The notes below the pieces were generated by a model. That model was not told where the DNA came from, did not search any database, and saw nothing but the letters and a program-made list of their open reading frames with translations. A stretch of DNA of 64,000 nt from the human T2T-CHM13v2.0 reference genome, Homo sapiens. The DNA lies in assembly GCF_009914755.1 (NCBI RefSeq), contig NC_060925.1. One strand, written 5' to 3'. The position numbers and the translations under genes were made by a program. Below, piece by piece: positions 40,545-54,331 of this stretch (its first letter is position 1; each line of letters begins with the position of its first letter).

Positions 40545-42050
40545 TGTGTACACTCCATCTCTGAAGAAACAACCCATCGTTCTTTTTTTTCTCTTTTTTA
40601 AAAAGTCCTATAAGATCTGTTTTTGGACACCTTTACTAACTCTGGTTTAATTTCATGTGTATGGAATATATTCTTTGAAATATAATTTTGGTAATTTTGA
40701 TTTCTGGGCACTTTTTAACATTGCTGATGTAGTATGCTTAAGAGAAATGACCTAAATAAGGATCAATTGTAATATTCATTCAAAAGGTTTTTAAAAGTAA
40801 GTTTTAAGGAGTATTTCTCGACAGATGATTTTCTTCTCCATTAATACCCATGCTTTGTTTTTCACATATAAATAGATGATTTCAATAGCTTTGTAGTTTT
40901 TTTTCAAAATCTTAATGTAAACTAGGATTGGAGTATGATTTACCTCATAGTATCTTCACTGTGTTATCCTAGTTTGAACAGGATATGTTCAGGAAATGAA
41001 AGGTGAATTATGCCCCTTATTGGTCTAGAAGCATTGGTTTTTTTTTGATCCTCTGAGTAAGGGAAGGAAGATTCCTGTGGCATGTTGATTTCTATGGCCA
41101 ACTTTCTCTCTTTGTAAAACAAAGATTGATTGATTTTCTTGTATGCTTCTTTATACATGCTCTTAAAACTTGTGGTTGAAATCTGTGCTGTGTGTGTGTG
41201 TCTCTGCATGTGTAAAAGAAGGGTAAAAAAGAGATGGGTAGGGTAGAACTACTTGCATTTGATTTTTTTTTCAGTCCTTAAAACATTATTTCTTTTTTTC
41301 ACTCATAGCCACTTTTATGTTACCTTTTATAAGCACTCCAGGGAAGATTTTATATTTTTTTGTAGAGTTTTTGGAAAGATATTTACTCAAAATAACTATG
41401 CTTTAGAACTTTTTTTTTTTTTTTTTTTTTTTTGGTTAAACAGCAGCACTTTTTAGTTCCCTAAACTTTAGAAGAAATGCTATCAGAAATAGATTTCCTT
41501 CCAGTGGAAAGAAAGGAGGAAGGGAGAATTGAGAAAATATATTAGTCTATTATTTTAGAGTTCTAATACACTCTAAATTATAGAGAAAATTGAGAGTAAA
41601 TGACTGTCTTATCACTCTTATTTGACATTTCGTAGGTGTAAGAGAAATGGAAATGAATGGTTTCAACAAAGATCATTTAATACAGCAGAGCATGGCATGA
41701 CCAAGCATCTTTGTAAAGTGTTAGATGGAAAATGCTGTGTGCTGCCATGGTAATCAGAAATAATAACCTGTTAGGGATGTATTCTAGGAAATCAGAAGTA
41801 GTTCTCTTTTCTTGCTGGATTATTGCTTAGATAACTCTTGTTTTCTGGTAAAACTTTAGTTGTATTGCCATCCACTCCTTTTTCAAATGAGTTTAATGCC
41901 ATAAAGCTGATATTCTTTGTCCGATTAATTTGAAATCTGCACAGAAGCTGTTTTAGTCATTAATGTGTAACAAAAGTAGCTTATAGAATATGGACTGCCT
42001 TATTGCTGTTGCTTATCATTTGAAAATAAAATCCAGCTCAGGTTGTAACT
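40545..42050 (+). other. GIPC2: GIPC2 3'UTR (AU-rich, U24 tract near 41410-41433); distal end uncertain, may extend to about 43.2 kb
   Basis: Non-repeat AT-rich sequence following the stop codon, up to a well-formed poly(A) signal. Confidence 0.65.
42025..42030 (+). terminator. Candidate polyadenylation signal AATAAA
   Basis: AATAAA followed by CA at 42039-42040 and a GU/U-rich stretch (ggttgtaacttgttggtactcgttt). A second AATAAA lies at 42212-42217. Confidence 0.6.
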
Positions 42051-43228
42051 TGTTGGTACTCGTTTAGTGAGTTCGTTTTGGAGGTTCTGAAATACCTATT
42101 AATTCTTAATATTACCTCTCTTGGAAAGACACAAAAAAAGAGCTGTTATTTTTAGGCATAAGATGACTTAGGAGGCCCATAGAAACATTCTCGTTTAAAC
42201 AACAACAACAAAATAAATTTATCAGCACTAGATATTAGATTTGAAATAAGTCATTGTTCATTATTGATGGTTGTCAGTTTCTCCTTCCTTTTTGGGCATG
42301 CATAAAGACACACTTGGTGCTGATTCCATGTGATTTATGGAATGTCATTTTCACAATGATCTTTCTAGAATTTGTGTGTAAGGTTGTGATATCCATGTGC
42401 AGCTGTAACTATATATACTTGTCTGTTAGCATTCAGTGGACCATTATCATTACTATCATCACATTACCTGGGCTTCAACTGGGCCCAAGTACTCTATATA
42501 CTACCTGTAATAGGTTTTTCCTTGAAATATCCTTATCTTTCACCTCTACAGCTAAACTGATAACAAGGTCAGTTTCTTTATGCCATTTTATTCCCATACC
42601 TAAAATTGCATCTATTTGTGAGCTTTCTGCCTTTTTGTAACGCTCAGTGCACCAAAAGCGTCTGTTTTTAGTGCAGTCACATAATATATAAGTGTGGGAT
42701 ACCCTTCTGCAGCTTCAGTGAGACAAATCACTTTTTAAAAAACATTCCATTTTATTGGCATCACTAGATGTTTTTAGGACCCTGTCCTTTTCACTTTTCT
42801 GTAGGCTTTTTTTTTTTAAATGGAAGATGATTATTTTGTTTGTTCTTGATTTCCTGTTATTGAAAACAGCATCTTCCTTCTTGCAATGGCCACTAATAGC
42901 ACACAATGCGTTTTCTTTGATTGTAGCAGAAAATGCAAATGATAATTGTATGTTGGGCTCGATGAGGCCTTGAACATAGCTGAGTCCTAATCAGATGTAT
43001 ATACTCTGATGATTACAAATAGGTACATGTTGGGTTTCTGTGATGTTTCAAAAATACAATTATATAATTATGATGTAAACTCTTTAAGAATTCAATTATA
43101 AAAGCAATAATCAGGTAACCTCTATTTGGAGCTGCTACATCCAATATTGTGACTGAAAATTAACTAAAGAGAGATAATTTTTCAAATGATGTATAATTTG
43201 CAATATTTTCCCTTGCAACTTTAGCAAA

Positions 43229-43422
43229 TACACATATTCCAAGTAAAACTTTATTTAGTCCCATGTTATTTATTTGTTTATTATTGACAGGGTCTCACTC
43301 TGTTGCCCAAGTGGGAGTGCAGGGGTACACATATTCCAAGTAAAACTTTATTTAGTCCCATGTTATTTATTTGTTTATTATTGACAGGGTCTCACTCTGT
43401 TGCCCAAGTGGGAGTGCAGGGG
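43229..43422. repeat. Perfect 97-bp tandem duplication
   Basis: 43229-43325 is identical to 43326-43422. Confidence 0.97.
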
Positions 43423-43656
43423 TTTGATCATGGCTCACTGCAGCCTTGACCTACCCAGGCTCATGTGATCCTCCCACCTCAGCCTCTCAAGAGCTGGGAC
43501 TATAGATGTGCACCACCATGTCCAGCTAATTTTTGTACTTTTGTAGAGATGGGGTTTTGCCATGTTGCCCAGGCTGGTTTCAAACTCTTGGGCTCAAGAA
43601 GTCTTCCCGCCTTGGCCTCCCAAAGGGATTACAAGCACGAGCCACTGCACCAGGCC
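43372..43656 (-). mobile_element. AluJ (3' end duplicated at ~43275-43325)
   Basis: Reverse Alu; TSD agtcccatgttatttatt at 43257, 43354 and 43657. Confidence 0.9.
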
Positions 43657-44566
43657 AGTCCCATGTTATTTATTGCTAGACCTTTATCACTTCTAGAGAC
43701 TCCCTGGTCTCCTTCAATTATTGCCTGTCTAACGTAGTAGCAAAATGGAGTTTTCAACGTAATGGTTCTTCTAAAAAGAGTACAGTTATCAACCAAAGAT
43801 GTAAAAGATTGATCATATAATGGCCCTTTTGCTCTGTGATATATCTAAATATATATGGATACCAATAACATTGCCATTACTCTGGTGGAGATACTAGGTT
43901 AGAAGGACAGTTAAGTGTTTTACCCAAGCTATTAGTGAATAGAGACACAAGAGATGCTATTCAACTCACAGTTCCAAGTATTAGTGCCCTGTATAAAATG
44001 CACATTTATTATCTTCTTGACACAGATTGAAGGAGATAAAGTAATTACAAGTTCTTACACATGTCATGGTGATAAAATATTTCTAAAATTGTGAAGTGTA
44101 CAAAATGGTACAGCCTGTCCCTACCCTATTACCTGAAAACCTAGTTCTAAGAAATGACTCATGGTTATTATCTGCTAGGAGTGTGAAAATTGAATGTGAC
44201 ATCTTTAATTCAGTTGGATACAGTCTTCATAAGACTTAAGTATAACCATAGATATTTTTCAAGCAGTAACAGAAAGGAGAAATTTGAAAAAACTTCTTAA
44301 AGGTAATTTTGAGTCAATATTTAATGTTTTGAACTGTTTGTGCCATGCAATAGTATTGACTATGCAGATAAAACATTCTATTTTTGTGGGAAAAAAAGGT
44401 TTTTCTTTTTTTGATGAAAATCATTACTTAAACTTTAAAAACTTTTGAGATTGAAATTTGAGAGTCTCTTAATATATGAAAGTGTAAATTATATTTTGGA
44501 ACCATTCTAAAATGTATTGTTTACTATATTTATATTAATAGATGTACAGATTTAGTCATATGTTGA

Positions 44567-44783
<217 letters not shown>

Positions 44784-46394
44784 TGACTCCTTAAAATAAG
44801 TACTTTTTCATGAAAAAACTGATGACTATTTTCATCATAAATAGAGTTAGAGTTTTAATAATTTTAGACTCTTTAATATTGTTTAAATAAATGATAAGGA
44901 TAACACATGTGATTGTTCAGGCCTTTATGGTTTTAACATATCTTTGGTATATTTTTTCTTAACATATTTTATAGAAGGTATAACCTCTAAGTTCTATTTA
45001 AAATCCCCAAATTATTTGCCATGATTCAGTAAAGATGCATAGATAAGCACTGCCATAATACTGTTAATATAAAATAGTCATAAGCTGTTTGTATTATAAG
45101 ATGGAGGTTTACCCAGGGTGACACTTTATCCTTTGTTCCTTCATTCAACAAGTATTGTGGGAGTAGTTTCCGAACAATAGTGTAAGTCGATAAGTAGAAG
45201 AAATGTCAACCTATAGTTGTTAGGCAGTATGCCTTTGGGATTTATTATCTTCATTGATACAGTTTGAAAGGCCTATTAGAGCTGTTGGAAATCCTTGCAA
45301 ATACTATGCTAATTCCATATGTTAAGGGGGGCCCAGCAATCTGCATTTTGACATGTCCTCCAGGTGATCCTAATGGAGGTGAATCCTAGACCTTTACTTT
45401 GAGGTCTCTGAAGGCCCTGACGTAGCACTACAGTGAGAAGATAGACATGACTTCAAGAACTTATGATCTGTCAAGGTAAGCAGAGACATGAAGAGATTTC
45501 TAATACAATCAGATAAGTGCTAACATGGACTATAAGGTAGTATGACAAAACGCTGCCTATGACAGTAGGATAGCTCTTAATTTTACAAAGTAGCCAATTT
45601 TCTAAATATAACTTGGTATGCTGGAATAATTGGTTACCTTAGTGAAATAGACTTCTTGATTGACACACTATGGATTAATCCATATGATGGTTTTGCCTCG
45701 GTTTATATGCAGTGTTTGATGCTTACCAACGATACAAATAAATATTAGCTATTTACTTACCCTTGTAAGGTATTTTATCCTCTTATAGTTTTGCAGACGA
45801 GGATCTTCTGAAACAATGGTTTTCAAAGAACATTTCTGCTTTTCGTGGAATGGAATTGCTATGCACGATAAGAAGACTGGCCTCTCTCAAAGACAGCAAG
45901 TGCTATGGTTTTGATTATGCAAAAGCTAAGCTTATAAAAATGCTACTTTAATTCTCCTTGTCTAGATTTTCTTTTAGCCAGCATCCCTTCATGTATGAGG
46001 TAGGGTACTGAACACAATTTATGCTTTATCTTATATGTCATCTGAAAAATAATGTTTCTGATTTTTAAAAATTACAGATTCAGTGAATTAATTTAGCCTT
46101 GGAAAGTGGTTTCCCTAAAAGTTAGAATTTCTACCCCCTTGTGGTTTAGATAGGTTATTATATACATAGTTTGATTAGTTTTAATTCTTAACAACTATTC
46201 AGTGAAAAGTAAATGGAAATATACAAATGAAATAAACCAAATACTTTCTTTCCCATAAAGCAAAACATGACCTCTTCTGCAGTAGCACTGGAGAAAAATG
46301 CGGAAATAAAATTCTGCAAATTCGGGGAATGGTGGAAGAATGCTGTGATATTTGAGAGAAGGTCCATGGGCACCTCGTAGCCATCTTCTGGCAA

Positions 46395-46870
46395 CATCCC
46401 TCCTTTCTTACTCTTTTCTTTGCTGGCTCTCTTCTTCTTTATTCAGCCTCCCTCCATGGAGGCTCCTCAGGTGTCTGACCTGGGTTCCTTTCCCCCACCC
46501 CACCCTCTTTTCTTAGGTGACTCATTTATTCCCATGGCTTTTAACATCTTTATGTTTATGACTCCAAAGTACATATCCACAGTCCAGACCTCTCCTCTGA
46601 GCTCGGAACTCAATTCCACTTCTTCCTTGACATCTCCACTTGGTGTCTTGAAACTTTAGCATGTCCAGGATAACACTTTAGATTTTTCTTAAAAGTTTTG
46701 TTTCTTTCAGTTTTCTCTGACAGGAAATGGCATCAGAATTCCCCTCACTGCTCCTTCACCTGCTGCACCAAATGCATCAGCAAGTTCTTTTCATTGTATC
46801 TCCAAACTACTTCCCCAATATGGCCCTTCTTCTCGGTTTCACTGTCACATCTTCACATCTCTGGGCTGCT
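46395..46870 (-). mobile_element. L2 fragment
   Basis: ggtgactcatttattcccatggcttt...atgactcc...ccagacctctcctctgagctc...gacatctccacttgg. Confidence 0.7.
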
Positions 46871-47158
46871 GCTCCTTCTTCAGCTCCTGCCCTCCTCCAT
46901 TTTGGACTGTGAAAATGCTATGGCAGGACATGAGGGTGAAGCTTTTTTTTTCCCTAAGTGAGAATGTAAATGTCTCATTTCTTTCTTCTCTGGAAGGGCT
47001 TGATATTAAGCCCCTCTGTCTCTGAGGGAAGAGACACTTGTTTTTGGATGATTCATCTTCTGCCACTGTAGGGCCCACAGAGTCTACTGTGAGAAAGCTG
47101 GAAGGACAGAGGAGGCAAAAGGAAGAACTTTCACAGGTGTAGACTAAAGGCTATAAAG

Positions 47159-47160
<2 letters not shown>

Positions 47161-47210
<50 letters not shown>
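47161..47210. repeat. (GT)25 microsatellite
   Basis: Direct reading. Confidence 0.97.
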
Positions 47211-47212
<2 letters not shown>

Positions 47213-47407
47213 AGGATGGGGAGAGTGATGCCTTTAGACATTCAAATAGAAGAAGACTGTTTCTTGTTTTTTCATAGGCATATTGTGGCCACATGGAGCG
47301 TTTAGACAGGAACAAAAGTCTTCAGAAGATTCCTGACCTCTCAGCATGGCACAGAACAGGAGGAGTAAGACCCATAGTGACCACAGTGAGGGGTGGTATT
47401 TGAACAC

Positions 47408-47482
47408 TGTTAGGGTTCTTGGAAACAGAAACAATAGGATGGAGATATACATACAGCTCCAAACAGAAACAGTAGGATGGAG

Positions 47483-47527
<45 letters not shown>

Positions 47528-47730
47528 TATATATATAGATGTACATATAGATATACACACACATCTCCACATATATACCTACACAAAGACAAATATATAG
47601 ATATGAACATTATAGGAATTGGTTCACATGGTTATAGAGGCTAAGTCCTCGAAAGTCTGTTATCGACAGCCCCGAGAACCAGGAAAGCTGGTGGTGTAAT
47701 TCAATGTGAGTCCTAAAGCCTGAGAACAAA
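47408..47730 (-). mobile_element. MLT2-like (ERVL) LTR fragment with (AC)n and an internal 25-bp repeat (47423-47447, 47461-47485)
   Basis: gttagggttct...aacaataggat...ggaattggttcacatggttatagaggct...agctggtggtgtaattca. Confidence 0.65.
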
Positions 47731-50700
47731 GGTGAGGATTTTGCTTGTCAGCAGCCTTGCCTGTTACTGTCCAGCTGGAGTGTCACCCCATCAGCCTAGA
47801 CTTTTTTGGCTTATATCTGTGGATGCCCCACTCCCAGCCTCTTTATTTGCGATGACATGACCTAACACATGTAAGACTTAGAAAAAGAGAGGTGGTTCCC
47901 TGGACACCTGGTGGAATGGTGGGGAAGCCTTTGTGCCTGCACTTGGGAGGCTGACCTAAAACTAGCATGAGAACCCTGTCTAGGATATGAGAGAATGATC
48001 CTTTCTGCTACACATTAATGGGATCACATCCCTCCTCTTCAGGCTTCTTTAGTGGCCTCTACGGCCCTGTCCACCCCATTGCCATGCTCCCCCTAGCTCT
48101 ATGCCCTGGTCACATTGAACTTCCTTTCACTTTCAATATCTTACCTTTCTCAGAGCTTTTTTACTTGCTGTTTTCTCTGCCGTGAACACCCTTCCTCTTT
48201 TTGCATGGCCAGGTCCTTGTCTTCCTTTGGCTATTAGCTTAAATGCCACTTCTTTGGAGAAGGCTTTCTTGGTCTTCTTCCTTCCCTTGTTCTCTGTGTT
48301 CTCGATTTCAGCCCTTGTTTGTTTCCATCATAACACATCGCTGTTTGTAATTATTGTATTAGTAGGCTTTCTATGCTATTCTCTACTTGAATATCATTCA
48401 GGATGAGATCGTTTCTGTCTTTCTCACTGTTGTAGCTGCAGCAATTAGCATGGAGCCTGGTGTATATTGAAAATTAAAAAAAAATTGTTGATGAGGAACT
48501 TCAAATATTTGTTGAATGCTTACTGAGTGCCCAGCACAGGAAACGGATCACCTCACCTCATCTTTACCAATCCTTGAAGTAGGTAATGATTACCCCCACT
48601 TTAAAAATGAAAAAACAGGCCCAGAGAAATTAAATTATTTGCTCTAGGGCACATATTTGGTTAGTGGCAAAGACAGGATTTGAACCTGGTTTTAAGTCCT
48701 GGATTCTCTCCAAAGTTGATTCTGTTAATATTTTACCAGAACAATGTAAATTGTACTAGTCACTTGACTAAGAAAGTTGAGTAGGGGATTAAAGCCTGGA
48801 GACCAAAGTTATAGATTCAATTAACTGCTCTCTACAGCCTGAGTAAGGGAATAGCTTCACAGCGGTCAGGCCAACACGAAGTAGATTTAAATGGTTATGT
48901 GATGGATTTTAGGTTGGAAATCATATGCTCAAGGACTTTAGTGATTCTTTAGGTTTGAAAATATTAATATTAGTAATTATTGTCTGGAACTTTTTAAAAT
49001 CCTGTGATCACTGGCATAATAAATTCTTACTAGTATGACTTAAGGAAAAAGATTAAGACAAGAAAGGTTCTGACCATTTCTTGGAGAATGAGGATGAGGG
49101 CTGGCCTTAGAATCCTTCCAAGCTTCTTCTGGTTAAGGTGACTTCATGGTTTAATTGATTTGACTTGGACAGTGGGTATTTTGCTTTCTGGAGTCATTAT
49201 TGTTTATGTTTCAGAAAAGGATGATTTCTGTGTTCTTTAGGCTTTTTTATGACAGTATGAAAGAAAATTTTAAGAAGTAGCAGCTTGTTATCAAATACTT
49301 TGTGTGCCATTTACCATTTGAAAATGGAATTAGCATTTGAGGTTTCATGGACCATGGAAAGTTATTAACTTCTTATAAAATTCTGAGGATATTTAAGTTC
49401 TGAGAAATGAATTGGGAAGTTATATTGCTTCAGAAGCCCACTTCTGGACTAAAACTCTAATTTGTATGCCGAAGGAGTGAGTTTGTAGAGATGATTCTAA
49501 ATTCCCTTAATATATTTGCTACTCAATGCTTTCCTATACATAAAGTCAGTCAATTTCAACATATTAACTTGTGCGTTAATGAATAAGGAATACTCATGAG
49601 GCTTCCCTCAATATTGAACTCAGACTGTAACTGTGTTGATTTAAAAAATGAAATCAATCATGTTCCTTTCCAGAGAATCAAATATTCATTTGTAATGGGG
49701 ACATCCTTATTGAATTCCAATTTGAATGAGGTCCAGGGAAATTCTGAAATAGGAAGATAGACTGAAATAGAGACAGTGGCATTTTAAAGAGGGCTCATTC
49801 TGAAATCCTATGGAATGTGTCTGTGGTTCTCCTTTTCGACTTTTTTGATAAACATAATCACTTTGGTTTATTCTTTTAAAATTAAGTAGCTATATTCCAG
49901 AAAGGTTATTGCAGATGATCTGATGTTTATTTCACTAATTAGAAGGAGATTTTGCACTGTGTCACAACACCAAATGGCCTAGTATGGCTGAAGTTAATTC
50001 ACTAGGCTATTTCTTTTTTCTACCTTGGCTGACCAGTAGGTGGCATTGCCTGCCCTGGCTGCCACTTCAAGTCTTCTGTCCGCTTGGGAACCTGAATAGC
50101 CAGTCAAGCATTTGTTATCTTCTTGTATCCATTCTGATTTGTCCAATCTGATTTTTGAATTCATTTGTGATCCTGCTAAGGATCGCCCCTTGACAACTAA
50201 AGTGTCTTTGACACCCAGATAGCTTCTTTTTCAAATCTTGGGGATTATAATCATGTAGTCCCAGAGGGTATTCAGAGTGAATGACTAATTCTACCTAACC
50301 AACCAAGGTTCCTCTAGACCTGAGAGGTGAAGAAATGACTGAGTGCTGCAGTGCTTCAGAGGTGATTATGGTTAATATTCTGTGAAAGTTACAGATGACT
50401 TCATACCAAGCATAAAATTAAATAGGTACATTAATAACTTTAAAACCTTATTCATGACTTTAAAACTTTTAAATGAGATTCAAGCAAACAGTTGTGAATT
50501 AAATTGTCCTTTGCTTGAATAAATAAAGTTGAACTTCTTTGCATTTAGTAATCAATATTAGATGATAAATCATATCACAAAAGCCTTTATTTTGTTGAGA
50601 TAAAATTATGGCCAGACATCGACTCATAAGATGACTATTTTGGCAGCTCTCAGTTGAACTAACTTTTTCTTCTTTCTGATGTTTTTCAGATTCAAGTAAA

Positions 50701-52527
50701 TTACTAACACTTTTGAGCTATAACACTGTGTATCCCTTTACTTATTGTATATTAGCTCTATTATCATCTGCTCTTACTTGGGAGACTCATTAGCTATAGT
50801 TAAATGACATTTGTTAGAAACAAGAATTTTAAAAGTTAGAACCATAATGTTGTCTAAAAATCATAAAAATATAAAACTTCTTCCTAATTGACCATATTTA
50901 CCAGTTCTTGATCTAGGGACTGTATGAATGACTTCGTGCTGCTGTATGAGGTAGAGTTGCCTGTAAGAGAAGAAACTGAATCACTGATCAGTACCCTCAA
51001 GTTAGAATGTTTTCTCTGAGCTTTATAACTGGATGTGGCATATTAGAGGATTACAGGGAATAGCAGAGACATAAAAGCAAAGGGGAAGTTGAAAGGAATC
51101 AGTGGCTTCTAGAGCATTTCCCTTCACTACACCTACTGAAAAGCCCTGTTGTAACCATTGATCTTACTTTAAATGTCTGAATTCTTCATATTACTTTGAT
51201 AATAAGGATTTCATAATTTCCGGAGCTTAGTAATTGGTTCCAGGAGTAGCACAGACAATTAGGTGGTGAATGTCAGACACTAAATTTTTGTTAGATTTAT
51301 TAACATAGCAGATTTGTGGCTCATTTTTACACTACTGTTTGTTTTCTCTGTCCACAGTGTTTTATTAGGTATGGCATGTTCCTCCTAATTGGAACCAAAT
51401 ATCCCAACCAAACATCAGAAATGGATTTTAGTAGCCTGTGAGAAATCATCTTCTCCTAATGGACAGTCACAGGGGGTTATCTATGTGCCTCATTTTCTAT
51501 GGATCTGGAGAATTATGACTCATCTCTTTGAAGCCACAAAAAATCTCCACTTTGGGCATCAGTCTCATTGCCGTTGAGAGAGTATGCTTCTTTTGATGAT
51601 CTTGGGACCTCTTATTGTTTCTGGGCCCGATATATGGAATTGTATAAAAACCATCCTATTAGTCAGGATTCAATGGCAGAGAACAGAATCTGCCCTGTTT
51701 TAAGCAGGAAGGGATTTAGTATAGTTTATATTAAACAAACCCCCGTAATTATTAGTAGGACTCAAGAGAAGACGCTAAGCTGAGAAGACAGACACTAGGA
51801 TGAATTCCCAAAGCCTTACTCCCCAGGTGGGCTACTGAAGGAGCTGCTGCTCTGATCAGGAAGCTTCTCCTGCTGAAGTGGTACCAACTCTGGGACCACC
51901 ACCAGTTCTGCCCTGTCTGCACGAGCACAGGCAATGCCTCATACCTGATCTTTCTCACAATTAACTCACTTCTGAAGTCAAGTCTTGAGTGCGTGTGACT
52001 GACAGAACTTTAATCCTATCCAGAACACATAGCTGCAAGGAAATCTGGGAAAGATAAGCTTTAGGTTTTTGGCCATGATCGTGTAAGGCTAACACGAGGA
52101 GACTGGATTAGATGGTGAGCACGCCAATCCACATTTTTTTTTTTTTTTTGCCATTACCAGTAGTCTGTATTTAAGTCAGACCAACTCAAACTTACTTTCC
52201 AAATTGGTAAAAATCTATTCATCCAGACTTTCTTTTTTGGCATGATGGATAGTAACCAGATAGCCAGAACATATTTATATAGGTTGGTAAACTATTTGTT
52301 CTTTAAATGCTGCTATGCTTCTCCTTTTAAATAAAATCAGTACTTTAGTGAATAAGAAATAGCTAACATCTCTTGTTGAGGCATATGTGAAAGTGGTGAA
52401 GGTAACTATTGGACACAGGATAAAACAGTACCACCCAAGCAGACACCATTGCCTTAAGACAACGTCATCTATATTAGAGGATTTTATTCTTGAAGACATG
52501 AAGTAAACGTGAACATCAAAGATTAAT

Positions 52528-54331
52528 TGTTTTGGTGACTATAGCCTTAAGTATAGTTTGAAATCAGGTAGTGTGATGCCTCCAGATTTGTTCTTTTTGC
52601 TTAGTCTATCTTTGGCTATGTGGGCTCTTTTTTGGTTCCATATGAATTTTAGAATTGTTTTTTCTAATTCTGTGAAAAATGATGGTGGTATTTTGATGGG
52701 GGTTGTGTTGAATTTATAGATTGCTTTTGGCAGTATGGTCATTTTTCACAATATTGATTCTACCCATCCATGAGCATGGAATGTGTTTCCATTTGTTTGT
52801 GTCATCTTTGATTTGTTTCAGCAGTGTTTTGTTGTTTTCCTTGTAGAGAGGTCTTTCACCTCCTTGGTTAGGTATATTCCTAAGTATTTTATTTTTATTT
52901 TTTTTGCAGCTATTTTGTAAAAGGGGATGAGTTCTTGATTTGATTCTCTGCTTGGTTGCTGTTGTTGTATAGAAGCATGGTACTGGTATAAAAATAGGCA
53001 CATAGACTGATGGAACAGAAGAGAGAACCTAGAAATAAACCCAAATACTTACAGCCAACTGATCTTTGACAAAGCAAACAAAAACATAAAAGTGGGGAAA
53101 GGACACTCTTTTCAACAAATGGTGCTGGGATAATTGGCTAGCCACATGTAGGAGAATGAAACTGGATCCTTATCTCTCACCATAATCAACTCAAGATGGA
53201 TTAAGGACTTAAATCTAAGACCTAAAACTATAAAAATTATAGAAGATAACATCGGAAAAACCCTTCTAGATATTGGCTTAGGCAAGGATTTCATGCCCAA
53301 GAACCCAAGAACAAATGCAGTAAAAACAAAGATAAATAGTTGGGACTTAATTAAAAGAAAGAGCTTTTGCATGGCAAAAAGAACAGTCAGCAGAGTAAAC
53401 AGACAACCTACAGAGTGGGAGAAAATCTTCACAATCTATGTATCTGACAAAGGACTAATATCCAGAATCTACAACAAACTCAAATCAGTAAGAAAAAAAC
53501 AATCCCATCAAAAAGTGGGCTGAGGACATGAATAGACAGTTCTCAAAAGAAGATATACAAATGGCCAACAAACATATGAAAAAATGCTCAACATCACTAA
53601 TGATCAGGGAAATACAAATCAAAACCACAATGTGATACCACCTTACTCCTGCAAGAATGGCCATAATCAAAAAATAAATAAAAACGGTAGACGTTGGTGT
53701 GGATGCGGTGATCAGGGAACACTTCTACACTGCTGGTGGGAATATAAACTAGTACAGCCACTATGGAAAACAGTGTGGAGATTCCTTAAAGAACTAAAAG
53801 TAGAACTACCTTCAATCCAGCAATCCCACTACTGGGTATCTACCCAGAGGCAAGGAAGTCATTATACGAAAAAGATACTTGTACACATATGTTTATAGCA
53901 ACACAGTTCGTAATTGCAAAATCATGGAACCAACCCAAATGCCCATCAATCAATGAGTGGATAAAGAAACTGTGGTATATACATACAATGGAATACTACT
54001 CAGCCATAAAAAGGAATTAATTAATGGCATTTACAGTGACCTGGATGAGATTGGAGACTATTATTCTAAATGAAGTAACTCAGGAATGGAAAACGAAACA
54101 TCGTATGTTCTCATTGATATGTGGGAGCTAAGGTATGAGGACGCAAAGCCATAAGAATGCTACAGTGGACTTTGGGGACTGTGGGGGGAAGAGTGGGAGG
54201 GGGATAGGGATAAAAGACTACAAATAGGATACAGTGTATACTGCTTGGGTGATGGATGCACCAAAATCTTGTAAATCACCACTAAAGAACTTACGTAACC
54301 AGATACCACCTGTACCCCAATAACCTATGGA
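52528..54331 (+). mobile_element. 5'-truncated, 5'-inverted L1PB-like element (inverted part 52528-~52974; sense part ~52974-54331); tail replaced by (AC)n to 54365
   Basis: ORF2 peptides on both strands ([13 protein letters not shown] on -, QPTEWEKIF on +); 3'UTR ends aataacctatggaa; caaagatt on both flanks. Confidence 0.9.

Noticed and set aside
40435-40650. 71-aa ORF overlapping the last exon
   Set aside because: Alternative frame of the GIPC2 terminal exon; the true frame is set by splice phase and family motifs.
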